Assembly: GCA_030668875.1 (NCBI GenBank)
Contig: DAOVER010000016.1
Span: 30,001-62,000 of the forward strand
Direction of reading: 5' to 3'
Length of the DNA: 32,000 bases
Source: Candidatus Heimdallarchaeota archaeon
GTDB lineage: Archaea; Asgardarchaeota; Heimdallarchaeia; Heimdallarchaeales; Heimdallarchaeaceae
Shown: positions 29,607-32,000 of the stretch, in pieces
How the letters are laid out: every line of letters starts with the position of its first letter
Position numbering within the stretch: position 1 is the stretch's first letter
Made by a program: the position numbers and the translations under genes
The notes under the pieces: generated by a model
Databases searched by the model: none
Seen by the model: the letters and a program-made list of their open reading frames with translations, nothing else
Told to the model about the DNA's origin: nothing

Positions 29607-30405
29607 ACAATATAAAAAATTAAATTCTCATGTTATTAGCTTCTATTCATATAGAGGTGGAACAGGAAAATCAACCGTCGCGTCGAACCTTGCTACAGTC
29701 TCTGCAAAAAAACACAAAACAATTCTCGTAGATTTAGATCTCTATTCTCCTCAACTAACATACATCTTTGAGAAAACAAGCAAGAATTACATCAATGATT
29801 ATCTGCACTCCTCGCTCTTCACATCTAAACATGCTAGAAATAGAATTGAAAGCTTAGATGAGGTGATTTGTGAAAGCTCGTTTGAAAACCTTGATCTTAT
29901 ATTAGCAAACCCTAAGATGTCTCTCACTGATAACACAATTTTGCATGATGAAGTAATTACAAAAAAAGTTTTTCCTTGCTTCCAACATATGATAGAATTA
30001 CTCAAAACCCAATATGAAGTAATAATCCTAGATTGCCCTGGAGAATTGAATTACTATACACTTAATGGAATAGCTGTAGCAGATAGAGCGGTAGCAGTAA
30101 GTATACCCACCATAGCTAATGTAAAGGGAATGATAGAATTATTGAAAATTTTTAGTTCTGCACTTCAAGGTAAAAAAACTGATATCATTCTGATGATGAT
30201 AACTCCAAGACCTTCAAAAAAGAAAATAGAGAAATTAGTAGAATGGAAACAAGAACTCGAAAAATTTGAAGTGGAAAATTATCTTTGTTTTGATTATTCA
30301 GAAAACATTGCTTATAGACATCAATTTGAAGATGACTTCTTTTATCTCCCAGAAGAGGAGGAGTATCAGAAATTGGAAGAATACCTGACTGCAATTCTGA
30401 AGTGA
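29599..30405 (+). CDS. ParA/MinD-family ATPase
   Basis: Deviant Walker A SYRGGTGKST, ILVDLDLYSPQL, Walker B IILDCPG; 8-nt overlap with the upstream gene. Confidence 0.9.
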   Translation: MNKQYKKLNSHVISFYSYRGGTGKSTVASNLATVSAKKHKTILVDLDLYSPQLTYIFEKTSKNYINDYLHSSLFTSKHARNRIESLDEVICESSFENLDLILANPKMSLTDNTILHDEVITKKVFPCFQHMIELLKTQYEVIILDCPGELNYYTLNGIAVADRAVAVSIPTIANVKGMIELLKIFSSALQGKKTDIILMMITPRPSKKKIEKLVEWKQELEKFEVENYLCFDYSENIAYRHQFEDDFFYLPEEEEYQKLEEYLTAILK

Positions 30406-31724
30406 CTAACATGGAACTCAAAACTCTGCTTTCGGTAAAGAAAAAGGATAAATGGATACATTATAATCTGATAAACCAAACAATGGTAAAAACTTCTCTT
30501 TCTCCAACAGAGTTAGATAGATCTCCTTCAGATATCAAAGAAGAGCTGTTGTATGGTACAGATAAAGAAATGCTAATAGAATCTCACAAGCTATATTATC
30601 AAAAAATAAAGAAGGAAATGATGAAGAAAAGAGAGTTGAATTCTCCTTTTCTATCAAGAAGTGAAGTTAATCTAACTCTATGGTATGATTGTAACTTTGA
30701 TTGTCCATATTGTTACCAACAAGAAGAATATTATGCTGGAGCAAAAGAAAGCGATAAAATCAATATAGAGAAGACCTTAGAATTCTTTAGAAATAAATCA
30801 AAAAATGATGAATTTCCTCCAAAAACTGTTGTTTTCATAGGAGGTGAACCTTTACTAAAAGGTAAGAGAAATAGAGATACTATAATAACACTAATGGGAT
30901 ATCTCAATGAACACTTTCCTGGAATTGAAATACACGTCATCTCAAATGGTTATCTTTTAGGTGAGTATGCTGAAACCCTTTCTAAATTCAAGGATTTGAA
31001 TTTCGTATTGACAATTACTCTGGGTTCTACAAGAAAAAACCACAAGTATGAAAGAATTCTCAAAACCAATAATTCAGTAGATACTTTTGAGCAAATCTTC
31101 GTAGGTATGAAGGAATTCAGAAAAAAAATTCCTAAGGGTTGGATTAATATTAGAATGAATTTTGCAAAGGATTACAGAGAAGTAGATGATACAAAGGAAT
31201 TGATGTATCTGATTAAAAAAGAAATACCAGATGTAAGATTTGAACTCTCTCCAGTAGTTTCATTTTCGAATCATCAAGAAATTGGCTTAGGGTTTTTCAA
31301 ATTGCTTAAGGATTTAATGTCAAATGAGGTTTTTTCTAAGTCCTTCGTAATGAAACTAAATGACAATCTATACTTCTTACTACGCAATTCAATTCCACAA
31401 CTAGAAAATAAGGAAATTTCATCAAAACCAAAAATATGCAATGCAGTTTCTTTTACAACAAACTATGATTTGTTCTCAGACTTCCAAATTCAACCTTGTG
31501 AGGATTTTAGATATTATAAGAGAATAGATGTGGATGATTTGAAAATATCAGATCTCTTCTTAGAATCTCTTGATAAGAGAGTAGAGCAATGTATAGATTG
31601 CCCTTTTTTTGTAGGTTGTATTTCAAATCCATGTAAAATAATAAAAAGAAAAACTATAGCGAAAAAAGTATGCTATGAAAAAGAATTATTACCACTCTTT
31701 CAAATAATTGAAGAATTTTATTGA
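30402..31724 (+). CDS. Radical SAM/SPASM-domain enzyme with probable N-terminal RRE (candidate peptide maturase)
   Basis: CNFDCPYC (CX3CX2C), GGEPLL, SNG; C-terminal 7 Cys: KIC, QPC, then CX2CX5CX4CX12C; N-terminal about 70 aa with WIHYNL..QT; GTG overlaps the ParA stop. Confidence 0.9.
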   Translation: MTNMELKTLLSVKKKDKWIHYNLINQTMVKTSLSPTELDRSPSDIKEELLYGTDKEMLIESHKLYYQKIKKEMMKKRELNSPFLSRSEVNLTLWYDCNFDCPYCYQQEEYYAGAKESDKINIEKTLEFFRNKSKNDEFPPKTVVFIGGEPLLKGKRNRDTIITLMGYLNEHFPGIEIHVISNGYLLGEYAETLSKFKDLNFVLTITLGSTRKNHKYERILKTNNSVDTFEQIFVGMKEFRKKIPKGWINIRMNFAKDYREVDDTKELMYLIKKEIPDVRFELSPVVSFSNHQEIGLGFFKLLKDLMSNEVFSKSFVMKLNDNLYFLLRNSIPQLENKEISSKPKICNAVSFTTNYDLFSDFQIQPCEDFRYYKRIDVDDLKISDLFLESLDKRVEQCIDCPFFVGCISNPCKIIKRKTIAKKVCYEKELLPLFQIIEEFY

Positions 31725-31730
31725 ACTATA

Positions 31731-31750
31731 AAAGGGAATATATTTAAAAG
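31731..31750 (+). promoter_or_regulatory. Putative archaeal BRE-TATA upstream of the small peptide gene
   Basis: Purine run aaaggga followed by atatatttaaaa, about 30-40 nt before ATG 31780; SD aaggtg at 31771-31776. Confidence 0.4.
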
Positions 31751-31779
31751 AGCGAGTGTCATTAATGTAACAAGGTGCT

Positions 31780-31968
31780 ATGATGGGAAGAAAAGATAAG
31801 AAAACAGAAGAAAACACAGCATTTGAAGTGCTTTTACGAAATACCAGTGGTGTAAACCCTGGTATTGAAACAGTTTATGATCCTCCAGGTGATCTGCCAG
31901 GAAATTGTAACCAATCTACAGCAAATCTTTCTGTTCGATCCTCAGTCTGTGATATTTTACTGATGTAA
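31780..31968 (+). CDS. 62-aa peptide, candidate RiPP precursor
   Basis: Good SD; charged leader (RKDKKTEENTAFEVLL) then a Gly/Pro/Asn/Ser-rich region with Cys43 and Cys57; immediately downstream of the rSAM/SPASM gene. Confidence 0.7.
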   Translation: MMGRKDKKTEENTAFEVLLRNTSGVNPGIETVYDPPGDLPGNCNQSTANLSVRSSVCDILLM

Positions 31969-31980
31969 TAAGGTGGTACT

Positions 31981-32000
31981 ATGAGGAGAATTGGTGTTTA
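31981..32000 (+). CDS. Start of a further co-oriented gene (MRRIGV...), truncated by window edge
   Basis: aaggtgg SD at 31969-31975 then ATG 31981, 12 nt after the peptide stop. Confidence 0.55.

Noticed and set aside
12509-30940. Short antisense or alternate-frame track ORFs (12509, 12986, 15429, 17761, 18149, 18437, 18716, 18828, 24555, 27172, 27811, 29799, 30185, 30731)
   Set aside because: Most lie wholly, and the rest partly, within better-supported genes, and none has recognisable motifs; treated as shadow ORFs.
1-32000. tRNA, rRNA, transposase or integrase genes
   Set aside because: No GC-rich structured tract, cloverleaf motifs, or DDE/tyrosine/serine recombinase motifs were seen.

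Overview
AT-rich (roughly 30% GC by eye) prokaryotic window, most likely archaeal and plausibly Asgard/Heimdallarchaeia-like. That assignment is an inference from stand-alone receiver domains, a His-less archaeal dimerisation tail, and NosD-like surface proteins with TM+basic C-tails. Layout: (1) 1-7.4 kb, a minus-strand signalling block: two CheY-like receivers, a HAMP membrane sensor, a family-5 solute-binding protein with no transporter, a damaged GAF-PAS-PAS histidine kinase and a DUF438 protein. (2) 7.6-15 kb, a diverged tandem duplication of [SDR - surface protein - acyltransferase-like gene], with the first copy decaying. (3) 15.4-17.4 kb, a secreted protein that appears to fuse a clan-CD (caspase/gingipain-like) His-Cys protease domain to a long hydrophobic bacteriocin-like tail, followed by a membrane protein (candidate toxin/immunity pair). 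(4) 17.5-26.5 kb, an accessory region with an ion transporter, HicBA, DUF433, a nucleotidyltransferase pair, several pseudogenes, and a NosD-like gene flanked by 58-bp direct repeats. (5) 26.6-32 kb, a co-oriented, largely translationally coupled block: ABC exporter, AbrB-like protein, ParA/MinD ATPase, radical SAM/SPASM enzyme with probable RRE, a 62-aa Cys-containing peptide and a further gene cut by the window edge. This block is a candidate archaeal RiPP system. No rRNA, tRNA, CRISPR array, transposase or integrase was recognised. All calls come from motif reading only; no database search was run.
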